Under the pieces are notes generated by a model. The model worked only from the letters and a program-made list of their open reading frames with translations, did no database searches and was not told the origin of the DNA. The translations under genes were made by a program, and so were the position numbers. DNA of 64,000 nucleotides, taken from positions 3,100,001 to 3,164,000 of the forward strand of contig SMSO01000032.1 in NCBI GenBank assembly GCA_004764695.1. The letters run 5' to 3'. This document shows positions 23,312-35,942 of the stretch, piece after piece. Position 1 is the stretch's first letter. Every line of letters begins with the position of its first letter. The stretch is from Schizochytrium sp. TIO01 (lineage: Eukaryota > Protista > Bigyra: Labyrinthulomycetes).

Positions 23312-24988
23312 ATGTCGAAAGCTATTTGGGCTCGACGTGTGTTGCACGCTGGTGTAATTCTGAGTTGCGGCGGCACTGGGTTTGATGCTTCGCGACAAGT
23401 TGACGCAGGACCACAGGACTTTGTTTGTTGGAGATACGCACCACAGGAAACCTCAAAGGAGGCACAGGGAATCGCTAATCAAGATGAGACCATCACAGAA
23501 GCTCGCACAGCAATTGTTCATGGCTTGCAACAACTGCGAACAAAAGTAGGTGCTGGAACCCTGGTTCTCTATGGCCCACCTGGGGCTGGACGTAAAATTT
23601 TGAGCGAGGACATTGGTTCTGCAGGAGCACATTATCTCTGTCTAAATAAGCCAGAGCACGAGTGGCCTTCCCCGTGGATTCCTAATGCACGCCCTGGGAC
23701 TATATTGTATCGTTTATATTACAATATTCATTATCCCTCTGCAAAGACAGATGTTGAAGCCATCGCAATGACATTGCAGAAATCCTTTGATGACTGGGTT
23801 CTTCACGGCGTTCATCCGGAGAAGCACCAAGAGGTTATCGAGACTTCTACTCGCCGCGCTGATGGGACAACCACAGTCTTGAGTGTTGAAGCGCCTATCT
23901 TTAGTGCCATCGCTGTTCCTACTGAGGATGACTGTGGTAGCTTTGCAGCAATTCGCATCGGCGACCCGAGCAGTGAGTCGGCTATGGAATCTCGGATGAG
24001 CGCTTTCCAATCTCTTTTGGAGTCACAAAATGTCATTTTGACTGAAAATTCTCAGAAAAGGGAGCCGCAAAGAACAACCCTTGAAGGTGGACAAAAAGTT
24101 GATGAATTGACCGAAGAGAGTAGTGGAGGCGAAACAAGCGCAGCTATCAAAACACCAGCTACTTCAAGCTCGGAAGCAGGCAAAGCATACAGTCACAATG
24201 ACGAACTTAATTACTTGATACAGAAAAAGATAGGATTGAGATTAGCAGATATGGCAGCAGTAGCAGCTCATGTTTCTGATGGGAACGGTTTCACTGATTT
24301 GAAGTCATTAGCCGATGCAGCGATTCAGGACCAGAAGGCAAAACTGCGTTACTTGTTTGGGAATCCGGGCATTGATGAACAGGTGAAGGTCTGGCTCTGG
24401 GAGGTGCTAAAACTATTAAGTGGCCGTGCTTCTGTAACACTTGTTGGAGCCTCTCATTTGTCCACCGCAAACGAACCTGGGGCCCAGCTTAGCTCACTGC
24501 CAACATTCGAATATGTTGGGACTAACCCCCCCAGACTCTTGGATCTCGTTGCAGACGATACAGGAGAACTGCTAGAGGTGCGGGAGCCAGGTGCAAACCC
24601 TGGCATGCCGATGATGGTGAGCCTGCGTACTCCTGTATCAGCAGCGTTCCAAGCTCTATACGATGAGGATACAGAGCTATCCGCTCACGTAACGTGCATG
24701 GAGCGTCGGGTACACCTCGCGCAGGATTTGAACAAACTATCCAAGGATTTGCGGAAGTATTTTGAACGTCAAGATATCTTCGAAGAAAAGGTACACAATC
24801 TCTTGCAGCTCGTATTGACTATTGATGACCCTGACGATCCAGAAATTTTGCACGTGCGAATCAATCTCGAAGCAGAAAAGCTGAACATGACGAAATCTCG
24901 AAAGTTGCTGCTTCGAAGACTTCATGAGTTGCGTCGCGTCTATGACGAGGTCGAAGGTACTTCTACGGCATTTGCGGGGATCGTTTGA
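23312..24988 (+). CDS. Hypothetical protein (~558 aa) with degenerate P-loop and C-terminal coiled coil
   Basis: Long ORF; TLVLYGPPGAGRK Walker-A-like motif; basic, acid-free N-terminus; start uncertain (frame open from 23144). Confidence 0.8.
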   Translation: MSKAIWARRVLHAGVILSCGGTGFDASRQVDAGPQDFVCWRYAPQETSKEAQGIANQDETITEARTAIVHGLQQLRTKVGAGTLVLYGPPGAGRKILSEDIGSAGAHYLCLNKPEHEWPSPWIPNARPGTILYRLYYNIHYPSAKTDVEAIAMTLQKSFDDWVLHGVHPEKHQEVIETSTRRADGTTTVLSVEAPIFSAIAVPTEDDCGSFAAIRIGDPSSESAMESRMSAFQSLLESQNVILTENSQKREPQRTTLEGGQKVDELTEESSGGETSAAIKTPATSSSEAGKAYSHNDELNYLIQKKIGLRLADMAAVAAHVSDGNGFTDLKSLADAAIQDQKAKLRYLFGNPGIDEQVKVWLWEVLKLLSGRASVTLVGASHLSTANEPGAQLSSLPTFEYVGTNPPRLLDLVADDTGELLEVREPGANPGMPMMVSLRTPVSAAFQALYDEDTELSAHVTCMERRVHLAQDLNKLSKDLRKYFERQDIFEEKVHNLLQLVLTIDDPDDPEILHVRINLEAEKLNMTKSRKLLLRRLHELRRVYDEVEGTSTAFAGIV

Positions 24989-25719
24989 ATTCGCTGCTGA
25001 GCATTTGCGGTAAATGAAAGTCGCAGAAAAGCACGAGCTGCGCGTGCGCCTCGCGTGCAACTGTCCATTGCATCCTGAAGAGTATCTTTGTCAAGGGGGC
25101 CATCGGTTGTTAGTGCTGCAGCGTCACCAGATACGTCATCCAAAGTGCAAAGAAAAACTTGGGCCAGAGTCGAACCTGAAGACTCTTCCTCGCGTGTGGG
25201 ATCAAGTATGATTGATCCTGAGCTTTGCACAGCACAACTTGCAGCCGAAGGGACTGCAATCATCTCGATGCCAGCATCAAGTAAGGCAGCTGAGGCTGCG
25301 ACTACAGCACAAGACAACACTGCACCTCCATCATTAACAACTTGAATTGTGATTTTGATCAATTTTCGTGGGAAAGCCCGCACTTGAACACATTGCTCTA
25401 AAATACCAACGAGAATATCCTCGGCTTCGCGTCGGCGACTCGAAAGAGCACTGCTCTCATTGTCAAGGTTAGGCGCAGCTGCAGCTTCTTCCAGCTCGTC
25501 AGAGCGTTGACTCCAGTGAACCTCAACTTGAATTCTAGCTCTCTCGGAGAGCTCAAGGCGAGTCTGTTGTTCTGCCACAGGACCATACACACTGGCTAAA
25601 ACAGCAGTCCCCCCTGCTTCAAGTCTGCATGAACCGTGAGCCCGTTTCAGTACACCACATGATGCGCTTAATGGGCGGAGCTCAGTTGCTGACCGTCCGT
25701 CGCTTCGCAAGCTCGTCAT
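24940..25719 (-). CDS. RRP46: Exosome RNase PH-like subunit, RRP46/EXOSC5-like, 259 aa
   Basis: RSDGR...ELRP, GVLKRAHGS, GGTAVLASVYGP, FPRKLIKITIQV..DGG, ALLDAGI, IILDPTREEE. Confidence 0.85.
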   Translation of the reverse strand: MTSLRSDGRSATELRPLSASCGVLKRAHGSCRLEAGGTAVLASVYGPVAEQQTRLELSERARIQVEVHWSQRSDELEEAAAAPNLDNESSALSSRRREAEDILVGILEQCVQVRAFPRKLIKITIQVVNDGGAVLSCAVVAASAALLDAGIEMIAVPSAASCAVQSSGSIILDPTREEESSGSTLAQVFLCTLDDVSGDAAALTTDGPLDKDTLQDAMDSCTRGARAARAFLRLSFTANAQQRIQTIPANAVEVPSTSS

Positions 25720-27749
25720 GACTCTCTTTTGCTGCTACTACAATTGAAAACTCCCTAGGTTCGAATAATAAACAGGCGGTAGAGGCCGACAACGTGTTGT
25801 ACTTGATGCGTTTCTGGATGCTCCCTTGGGAACTGACTTCCCTCCAACCATGCGATTCTGTGGATTGTTGTTGACAACACTACAGACCAACCACGTCTAC
25901 TTTTGTATTATCCTTTTAACTAGTGATATACTATATATAGTGACTAGATAGGAGTATATCTAGGTCGCTAGGTTAATGGGAAATAAGAAACAAAATTAGA
26001 AGGTAGGTACCCGAAACATGTACGACCTACCACACCTAGTTGCTAGACAATCTTGCAAATGAATAGATTTGTCTTGGTAAAATCAAAGCTTCAGGCGTTC
26101 TTCGAATCTTGATAGGGAGTGGCAATATATGATTATTAAATGCTGCGTTTCTTTAGAATTTACTTTTGCTTGACTAATATACCTTCAAAAGCTAATATTT
26201 TATTACTACTGATAGAGTGAATGATGTTGATTGTAAAAAGGTAAGTCACAGACAGGAATAAGCAGGTAGCAATTTGAGAAAATACGAAAGCGTAAACAAT
26301 TCACATGCGTGGATTCTCTGGTGTGTTACTCTGCGAGATGGTGATGCTAAGTACAGTTAAAGTTGATAATGAGACCAGCCTTGTGCACAGCCTTAGAATA
26401 ATCAAATATTCGTGTATTTTTGTTTTTTTAAAGAGTAATTTTAAAGAGTTGTTTAAGTCGTTGATGAATATGCTTAGTTTTAGTTTTAGTGTTCAAATTT
26501 CTCGCCTCGTACTCAAAGTCTCCTTTTGCAAATTTATATTTTATTATTTTTTAAAGAATCACGAGCAGGCCAAGATAAGTCTTTTGAACTACTTACTATC
26601 CAGGGGTCAGAGAAACAAACAAAGAATCAATACACATTCCAATGATGACATTTTGCATGTTTGAAAGGGAAGAATCTAGAATTAAATTTCCATTTTCTTT
26701 TTGATTGATGACGTATTTCCTTCAAACCCATCATGCTTCTACTGGTGAAAGCATAAGTACGAACTATGGTGGCCTAGGTCACCCCCACTTCCTCCAACTT
26801 CTACTTCACCATCAAGGTGCTGGTTCGAAATTAATTTTCATTAATGCTCCAATTAAAAAAAATCCAGCTTGGGACCTGGGAAGCAATACTTTGCTGACTC
26901 GGAAGCAGAATTGACCACCATAAGGGTATCTGCACCATTTGAAAACAGCTAAACCCCAAGACCTCTTTCAGATACAAATAGACCCCTCATTGAAAGGATA
27001 TACTAGACTATCCAAAGTCTTAAAAAGGCCCCGGTAATGAACGTATCAGTAATTTAGGAATAAATCTACAGCTGGCAAAATATTTCGCGTACTTATTCAC
27101 ATGTGAACTTATTCTTGTTAGAAGTAAAAAGAATTATGTCTTTTTCAAAATTTATATTTTCCGTGGATGTGGATCTGGACCGAAAGTGGGAGAATGCATG
27201 AAAAGAAGCGTAACAGGATTTGGAGAGCTCTATCGGAGTTAACCTACTTCTGACAAGTAAAGGCGTTGTGGTAGAAGTCACATATGGGTTGCAGTCTTTG
27301 TCGTTATATTAATACCTTCACCGAAAGGAGAGAATGCGTGCAAAAAGCGCTGGTGTTTTGACTTGACTAACAGAATTAATATGACTCACTTCTGAGTAGT
27401 GCAACTGTGGAAAAAATAAAAATATGGTCTTGGTTGATACTCGCGCTTACCATTCTGTGCATCTTAAATAAAAGCTAAGAAAGTGACAATTATAATACTT
27501 GATCGCTCTGAGGCTTCTGATCTAAAAAAAGATAAGAAAAAGAAAGAAAAAAAAGACTCAGAGTAAGAGCACTTATCCCTGTCAATACTTTTACTTCCAT
27601 CGTGACCTGGACTCCAGGTTTCTGTACCTATGAAAACATTAAAGCTTGTACAACATCCGAATAGTAGTGACTATTTCATATAAATGATATGCTCTAATAA
27701 TTTAAGAAGTGGAGGTTGGGTAAGAAACTGGAATGGCGAAGGAACCACC

Positions 27750-28430
27750 AAGCTCCAAACAAACACTACAACCAAACCTTCAATCCAAATTATCAAAAAG
27801 CCTCAACCAGAAGTTTGGCGTCCCAACAAGTGCCCTTCTGCTTCTTCTCCTCAGCCAATCACACATTCGCAAGTGATAACGCTAAGCGCATCTATAGTTG
27901 TGGTCTGCTCCGGCGGCCGCGAGCAGACGATACCATTTTCTACGCCAGATCCTCCGCCCAACAAAAAGAGAATTCCAAATGCTGGATTGGTGACCTCCAG
28001 CTTGTCTATCCAGACGCTCCCGCCGTCAACAAAGACATCGTTAAAGGGGCCAACCTCGACAGACTGGGCTTGGGCGCCCTACTGCACTACCAAGATTCAC
28101 CGCAAGCGTGCACTTTGGCTCTGGGAAAACTACCGTGTTATCCTTTGCGTCAATTTGAAAACTTAACAAGAGAAAAAAAAGGGATCAAAATCAAGACAGC
28201 TCGAAGGATGTGTCGTTCGTTGGCTTCCGACAAACGCCTATTCACAAAGACGCTGCCAGTGGTGTAAACTGGTTATTTGCCGAGAGTATTGCACTCCAAC
28301 CATGCAATGAATGTACCATCCACGAAAAGATCGGGACATCCAAGGTTTTCAGACGCCCCCCCCCCCAAAGATGCAAACTTGTAGTTTACCATGCCGCCAT
28401 AGGCATCCTTTTGCACTACATATTCAAAGA
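27750..28430 (+). pseudogene. Possible decayed reverse-transcriptase (retroelement) fragment
   Basis: GC-richer island; RADDTIFYA resembles the RT (Y/F)ADD motif; broken frames. Confidence 0.25.
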
Positions 28431-29251
28431 TTTGATTTAGAAGCTGTCTTTGAACCTTACTTTGTCCATAGGAAATGCAGGTTTTACAAATTTTATAGGT
28501 CAAATTCTAAGTATCTAATTAGTGGGTAACTAGTGGTGGTACCACTACTAGCTAAGTTAAAACCAATACTCATTGTGATAATGAGGTACTATTACTGGCT
28601 ATATATGTAGGTAGCCCCCCCTTGAGAGGTCTTGGTTATAGTATTTTCTTTTTACATATAGACTATGTAATCTGCGTACCTGATAGTAGCTTTTAGGCTA
28701 ATCGAAAGATAAATTTATATTTTCATACCTTCATATCGCTGAGATGGTATAGTAATGAGCATGAAGGTTTTAACTCATTCCCTCGGAAGACAGGTGAGAG
28801 TACTTTTGCTATCAGTATCTAAACTTGAGCATGAAGATTTGAAGTAGGTACCTAGGGAGTAGTACGTTGTTCTAGGCAGCGTTTTAGGACTCAAAGTTTT
28901 GTCTTCGTGCTCCATAAAGAGACCTGAAGATTAAGATTCTCAGTAAAAGGAGGCTCTGTTTAGAAGCTTGCTATCTTGGACTAAGTAGTATCTATTATAA
29001 AAAGAAGAGCTTTTTAGTCAAAGGTATTAGTACTACTATAGGGCTTTTTCTAAGTGCAGTAGTTTAATAGGAAGGAATTTATCTTAGTACCACATTAGTA
29101 GTAGAGTAGATGTCGGGGTGGGGAAGGCAGAGGGAAGGCAGCGAATCCAGCTTGGAAAGGGGACGGGAAAAACTAAGCAACGACGAGGGCAGCTGCAAAC
29201 CAAGAACCTCTTGAGGCAGATCAAAAAGCAAGAACTTGGATTCCTTTGAAG

Positions 29252-29886
29252 ATGTTGAGCGTGTGTGCCATTCGTAGCCGCCTGGCTCCTGCTGTACGAC
29301 CTGCAGTATCCCAGAGCCCGCTCTCATGGAAGTGGTTTTCCACGGAGTCTGCGACAGATAGCGCAGAGACCGAAGTCAAGACCAGAAAAAAGCGGGCCAA
29401 GGCTCCCAAGGGCACGACAAAGCAGGGTGCTGCGATCAATACCATCCTTTACAAGATTGACCCTGCCTTAGAGGGCGTCATTGGCACCAAGCAAACCACT
29501 CGCGCTGATGCTATGAAGCTGATGTAAGTTATTTATAAGGAACGACCAACGTTAATGCCAATTATGAAGATGAAGCCTTATTTACTCAAACAAGGAAACG
29601 TTAACAAATTCCTTGTTGGGCTATGCTCTAGTGCTGTAAGGGCTTCTGTAGGTCAGTTTAGAGTGCGTCACAAGATTAGCTAACGATATCTATGATTACT
29701 TTAATGTTAAAACACAGCTGGAAATACATCAACGAGGGCGACTTTAAAGACCCCGAGCGCAAGTCCTTCATCAGACTCACTGACCCCAAGCTTGCCAAGG
29801 TCGCCAGTGGAATTACGGCACAGAAGGATGTCATGAAGCATACCGAGGTTATGAAGGTTCTGAGCAAGCACATGACTAAGGTCTGA
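29252..29886 (+). CDS. SWIB/MDM2-domain protein with mitochondrial-type transit peptide; exons 29252-29523 and 29718-29886 (146 aa)
   Basis: Intron GTAAGT...GCTAAC...ACAG; splicing restores the SWIB signature TTRADAMKLIWKYINEGDFKDPERKSFI; N-terminus MLSVCAIRSRLAPAVRPAVS...WKWFST. Confidence 0.88.
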
Positions 29887-31449
29887 GCAATTGATAACAT
29901 TTTCTAGGTCTGTCCCAGCCGCGTCATGTCTGCATGTGTTTGATTTAACAAGCATGAGGACAGTGACTAACTTCAATCTTTTATCATGGTGACTGTTAGT
30001 CTGTGAAACGTGGTCGTGCAGCTACAACAGTCGATCGTCTAGATTCAACATTGAGCGGTAGTTTGTTCACGTCAACCGACTAATACGCTGCTCTAGCTAT
30101 TTTACATCATCTGAATAAAACATTTCGAATAATTAATTGAACAAAGTGCGACCTGCTAGAGAGAGAAGCTGCATGTTTACTTCACCAATTGCACCTGCAA
30201 CAAAGTGTATGATATGTGAAAATTTATGTATGCTGAGACATGAGTCCACTCCACATGTGTCCTTTCTTATTGCTTGAGCTTCGATTTATGTATTATTGTT
30301 ATCTGTCAAAGTATGATAGAATGAAACAAAACGAAACTTGCCTTGAAACTCTGTTTCTCTGTTACCCACTGTAATTTTCATTTCTATTAGGCAGAAACTG
30401 TTGAAGATTCCAGTCTGAGCAGCTAAGAAGCTGACCTTTTAAATAAAGGCCGAGAGCTTGAAGAGAACGTAGAGTTGATGATTAGTAATACTGATCTACC
30501 GACTCAGGGAATGAGTTTCAAGATAGATTGATCTATATAAAACGACTAGACTGACGCAACTATGATTTTTATAAGGAGGGCTGAAGAAATTTGGTTCTGC
30601 TGCCTCGTCAAGCATCTAATTAGATTTTTCTTACCCATCTTCTATAGAGTATGTACAATTGATTCTGGACTTCTTGACTTCGCAATCCTTTATTTGATTC
30701 TTCTAGTTCTATGCCTAGCCCTTCAGGACTCACAAAGGTGCTCCAAAGGCTCTAAAGATGATTTGTCAATACGATCCTTCAAGTGATGTTCCCAACTTAA
30801 AGTAGAAGAATTTTCGTATTTCCCTGTCCTTCGTTTATACGAAGGATAAAGAAATTGGTTACTTTAGAGATAATGAAAGTACTTTTAGATTCAAACACTA
30901 AACCCGTTACAAATTATGCAAATCAGAGCCGTTTTAATGAAAACCAGAGCGAAATGTTCAATCAAATCATTTATACTAAACTCGGCATTTTGCCTTTTTT
31001 TCACGGTCAACGATTGGAAACATGATGTTGGTAATGTAATTTGTGAAGATCACTTATTTTTAAAGATTCTTTTGATTCAGTTCTTTTGGAAGAGAATATA
31101 TTTCGAGGACAATTTTCGCACAGGAGGTGCTTATTCGTTTCCTTGATGAAGTTATTTGGAACATACACATCAATGCCATAAATTACTGCTGTAAACGCTC
31201 TAAGTTTTCAAACACTGAGATGAGTTTAAACGACATAAAGGCATGCCATTAGTAAAATGATGATATAATCTAAAAGAAGAATATAATTTGTTTCCTTTGC
31301 AAAAAGTGAAAGTATTAAGAATTTTCAAGTATGAATCTACGCAACCTTGCTAGAGATGCCAAAAGTGGCGCTGGCGCTGCATTCGGACGATGGATATAGT
31401 GATAACGAAGGGGTCCCTATTGTTTATGTTCGCACCAAACTTTTCATGT

Positions 31450-32748
31450 TTAGTTATCATCGTCGCCCTGATCTTCGTATTGGGTACGAAGACGATCCAC
31501 AGGACCCTCCAAGGCAAGAATTTCTTTGTTTTCCGGGGCGAGGTCAAACTCAAACATGAAAAACATAAAGTGCTTGAAGCAGGTGTTGAGGTGAGCTGCG
31601 GCACCAAGGTCTTCGATCACCGTGAAGTGCTGGTGGTATAAGATGGCAAAAATACGGAACATCTTCTTGAAAATATCCAAGATGTAGTCACGGAAATCAT
31701 CCGGGAAGGGTTGGGCCTCGGACACGGGGAATATCTCCTCATTGTCAATTTGATCCTCGATCCATGTCATCACATAGTCAACATATTCTGGAGAGGAGAC
31801 GCGCAGAGCTTTCTTGGTAGCACTGTCGGCCCAGCGGTACTCAAAGTTTGGCGGGAAACCTTCGCCAGGCTTGGTGAAGCGCTTGGCGTCATCTGCTGCA
31901 AGGCCGTAAAGAAGAGACAATTCATTGTAAAAGTCTACGGTGTTTGCAGCAATCCACTCATTGACGTCTTCGCCTTCAGGCACCTTGACAGCTGCGCGAA
32001 GGTTTCCACTGCCCAAAGTACGCTTGGTGTAGTTGGAGAGGGTTGCACGGCGGTCCGTCTGCAGACATAATTACATTATTTGGGTTGTACAGTCAAGATG
32101 GGCACTAGTCGTTAGTCAATGTGTTGTTATTCTGAGATTGGAGTTCGGTTTAGGCATTCGAACACCCAGTGCGCAGATGCGCAGCGTTTGGTTTTGAGGA
32201 AGAAAAAATCAAAAAATCAAAGAAGACAGTAAGACCGACAAGTTTTGTCAAGTTCATCCATGCAACGTACCGCTTGGCTCTTGACGGGTTTGAGCGTGCT
32301 CTTACCAGTCCTGTGCAATCTCATTTGTATAGAGCAAGGCAAGAAAGGTTGCGTTAGTTAATCTTGATGCTATATGCTCTGCACACCGCTTTGCATTTTA
32401 CTTTAAATGCCAGGCTAGGTCAATCATTTCTTTTTTCTAGCACGCGCAGCCCAGTGATACTGCTATCGTTTGTCGACTTAGCCTGTAGTTTTTGCGTTGC
32501 GAAAGGCTTGCATGTGATTTGCTGGCAAGCTGAGAGCTGTATGACTGTCTGCTGGGTGGGCTTTTCAAACAAGGTTTTGCACGCGCTCAGATAAGAGAAA
32601 AGGCACGTAGCACATGTATCAGACTAAAACTTGGTGCATAGTCACTCTCTGCTGCGCGCCTACGCCGAAGTGCAAGAGGACTCGTGGGGCTTGCGAGCAT
32701 GCCCGAACTATCGCTGCTGACGACTTACGACTTCTTGAAGAGAGACAT
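31450..32748 (-). CDS. MOB1: MOB kinase activator (MOB1-like); exons 32748-32729, 32310-32271, 32058-31450 (222 aa)
   Basis: Canonical GTAAGT/GTACGT..CAG introns give [63 protein letters not shown]...HLNTCFKHF. Confidence 0.93.
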
Positions 32749-33985
32749 TGTGGTTGCCGACACAGGAATATAACCAGGTGAGCTCTACGATAAGGGTCTG
32801 TTTGTATGCTTATTTTCTTGATTATGTAATGTGTGTTATTTTACTTTTTCATAACACGGACCACTATTAGCCCAGGTATAGCTAACTCTACAGTATAATT
32901 TTACTTATAAAATGCTTTTATATAGCTGGGCACTAGGTATCTTATCTATTACTCATAGAATAAACCCATTGCCATATTAGAAGGTACCTACCTACCTACC
33001 TACTACTAGTACCAGCACCTTTTTAATAAATATTATACTTTCTTCGAAAGGTCTGAGCATGGCACTTTATGGTCTCACTAGTTAAGAGGCAGGGAGTAAT
33101 TTGGAGCTTAAGCCAAAGCAACTTGAGGCACTTGTGGAACTATTTATTACTTTGAGTGGCAAGTAGGGGCCTATAATTTGAACTTTAAGAGAACAAGCAA
33201 AAGATATGCGTTAAGAAAATGTTTTTGGGGGCATTTCAATATGCTTATGTTCTATTATAAATAAACAAATATGAGACTTTTTTCTTTTTCTTTTCTTTTT
33301 AAAGTAAAAAAAAGGGGGAAGGAAAAGAGCGCGTGCACACGTTTACACTGAGGCAGTCGTGCTGACACAGCGGCACACTCTTTCCCTCCCTCCTTTCGAG
33401 TTGAGTGAATAATTCCTATTACACATTCTGTACTTCAATGTGGACAATCTCTTGGAATCAACATTTCACATTAATGCTATCCTGATGCTATCCTGATGCA
33501 AAAAAAGGCATTCATCTATGTTTATGAGAAGGTTCGAATTTCAGTAGAAACTAAAGGAAGCCGCAGATATAGAAAGGCACTTGCAAAGTCTAGTAGCACC
33601 CAAGGGCTTGTGTATAACTCAAAAATTGGCTATTCCCTCTCATAGCATTCTTAGAGATAGTTTTTTATTTTAATTTTTATTTTTAATTTTTTTAATAAAG
33701 ATAAATTAAAATCATCTTCTATAATCTATAAGAACTAACTGAGATAGCAAATACCATTTCTTAGTGAAGTTACTACACAGCACATACCTTCTTCATTAGG
33801 TAGGAAGGTTGGAGACGATCAGCACTGCAAGTCCACAAAGATACCTAGCCTGGGAAACACATTCCAAACAAGCATAAATCATCTTGGGCCATCATTTTGA
33901 AGTTCAACGTTGCAGCTTGCCAGTGAGGGCCTAGTTACCCACCTAGTTCTCAAGTTGTAACGTATTGTGGGACGGTGCCCACGTC

Positions 33986-34060
33986 AGTGAGAGAGCGAGC
34001 GAGTGAGAGAACGAGTGAGCGAGTAAGTGAGAGAGGGAGTAAGTGAGTGAGAGGGAGTAC
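33986..34060. repeat. Imperfect GAGT/GAGC/GAGA simple repeat
   Basis: agtgagagagcgagcgagtgagag...gagtaagtgagtgagagggagtac. Confidence 0.8.
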
Positions 34061-34708
34061 GTGTGTGCAGAAGCATGTGTGCGGTTGCACAGAAAGAGTC
34101 TCAGAAAGCACCTATCATCAATTGAAGAATAATGCTCCTTGGAGACTCAGAAGGCACAGGGCATCTTCTGCCGTGTGCAGGGGTGTGTATCAGTGTGCTA
34201 ACAGTACCTAATTTAATGAGGAGAAAAACAAGTGTGCGTGCATAAGGGATGTAAGGACGTTGAAGCTAACTGAAGAACTTAAAAGCCAAGTTGACAAGAT
34301 CTACTTTGTATTGCCTATTTTCTTCTTCTTGTTGTTGTTGAATAAGTTTATGTACCCTGTTAACACTAAAATTAACTTGTGGCTATTGACTCTTGCTCCA
34401 GTGTTTCTTGGGTTCTAGATTTAAAGAAAGAAAGCAAAGACATGCGACTTATTGCGAAATCTCAAGACTGATTTACTCATGCGCATCATTCGTCGTCCTC
34501 CAAATCTCAATAAGATATAGGAAGCGCCGTCAAATTTTCTTCAAGGTGAGGAGATCGTATCTAGGCTGGCAGGGAAAGAATAAAATAAACTTCTTCTTTT
34601 TGTAAAATAAGATACCCGGAACTATGCTGAAGACGCTGTTAATATTACTCAGAATAGGTCTACTAGGGGTGGGTAGAATTTTCAAAAGTTTCAAGGGAAT
34701 TTCTCAGA

Positions 34709-34784
34709 AGTAATTGCTTTAGCTTGAGTTTTCACCCTAGCTAAAAGATTTGAACTCATTACCTCTGACTAGTCAAAGTGGCAG
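34709..34784 (+). repeat. Copy of ~85-bp double-hairpin element
   Basis: AATTGCTTTAGCTTGAGTTTTCACCCTAGCTAAAAGATTTGAACTCATTACCTCTGACTAGTCAAAGTGGCAG. Confidence 0.85.
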
Positions 34785-35271
34785 TCTCTGGCGTCTTCAC
34801 AATGATGTCTGCACACAAGCTCTCAGTTCTACAGAGCAAACTCCCAAATTAGACAAGAACCACCATGTCGTTTAGGATAAGAAACAAAGCCCATCCTTAA
34901 ATCTCATAAGTACCTAGTGCTGTATGCAGGTACTAGGTAATCTATTCACTGTTCTGTTTTCTATAAAATGAGAACTTGCTCGTTTCGAGTTTGACGGCAG
35001 GTAGAGCCAAATACCAAAAATGCATTGCTGCTTATTCTATTTTCTTCCTTTTATATAAAAGGCAAACTCAAAAATGCTTCAAATTGTCGCCTTTGCGATA
35101 CACTGGTGTGTCAGTCAAATCTATTCTCCTTATGCATGCAAGCACTCCAATGTAACTCAAGGTATCTCATGTGATAAATGACACCAAGTCTTAAAGGCGT
35201 TTTGTAGCCCACTGAAAATAAAAATAAAAATATGCATTATTTGCAAAGTGCCAATGAGGTCAGAAAGTGCA

Positions 35272-35351
35272 TTGAGCGATTGTTTTGGCTTGAGTTTTTA
35301 CCCAAGCTAAAAGATTTTAACCCAATACCTCTCACTAGCGGGGGTGTTGCA
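35272..35351 (+). repeat. Copy of ~85-bp double-hairpin element
   Basis: TTGAGCGATTGTTTTGGCTTGAGTTTTTACCCAAGCTAAAAGATTTTAACCCAATACCTCTCACTAGCGGGGGTG. Confidence 0.88.
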
Positions 35352-35942
35352 ATTGGAGGGAAAGTCAGTCACGTTATGTCAAAACCAAATTTGAAATACG
35401 AAGGCCTTTCACAAAATGGACAAACAGAACTGGGTTAATACTGTTGCAGACTAAACAATTGTTGGGATGTTAATGTGATAATTTCGGAGTTGATTTTTTC
35501 GCTGAAGTCCTCCTACTTTCCGCAAATTTTATTTTGGATAAATTTTGAAAGTCAACTCAAGTAAGAATATGCGGCATATGATTGAAACTTCGAATTGCGC
35601 CGAGCTTTGTTGCGATACAAATTGTATTCGCTTTTTACGTTCAGTATATCTATTTCTTTCATGAACTCTACCCTCTTCAATTATTTGTAATGAATTTCTA
35701 CATATAACTTATTTTGGAACCAAACCTGGGTCGTTCTGAAGAAAGAGTAGTCTAAGTAGTCTAAACAATTAAGGAGTCGGTATCAAGAACTCTACATCAA
35801 ATCAGCTTGAAATATTGTTGAAAGAGAGCTTCAACTATTTTCCAGCCGAGTTCCCCTTAGTGAGTCTTCTTTTCGAAAATCAAAACTAACGAAGAAATCC
35901 TATGGTACCAAAGGTAGATACACAGATCGGATTAACGTTATG

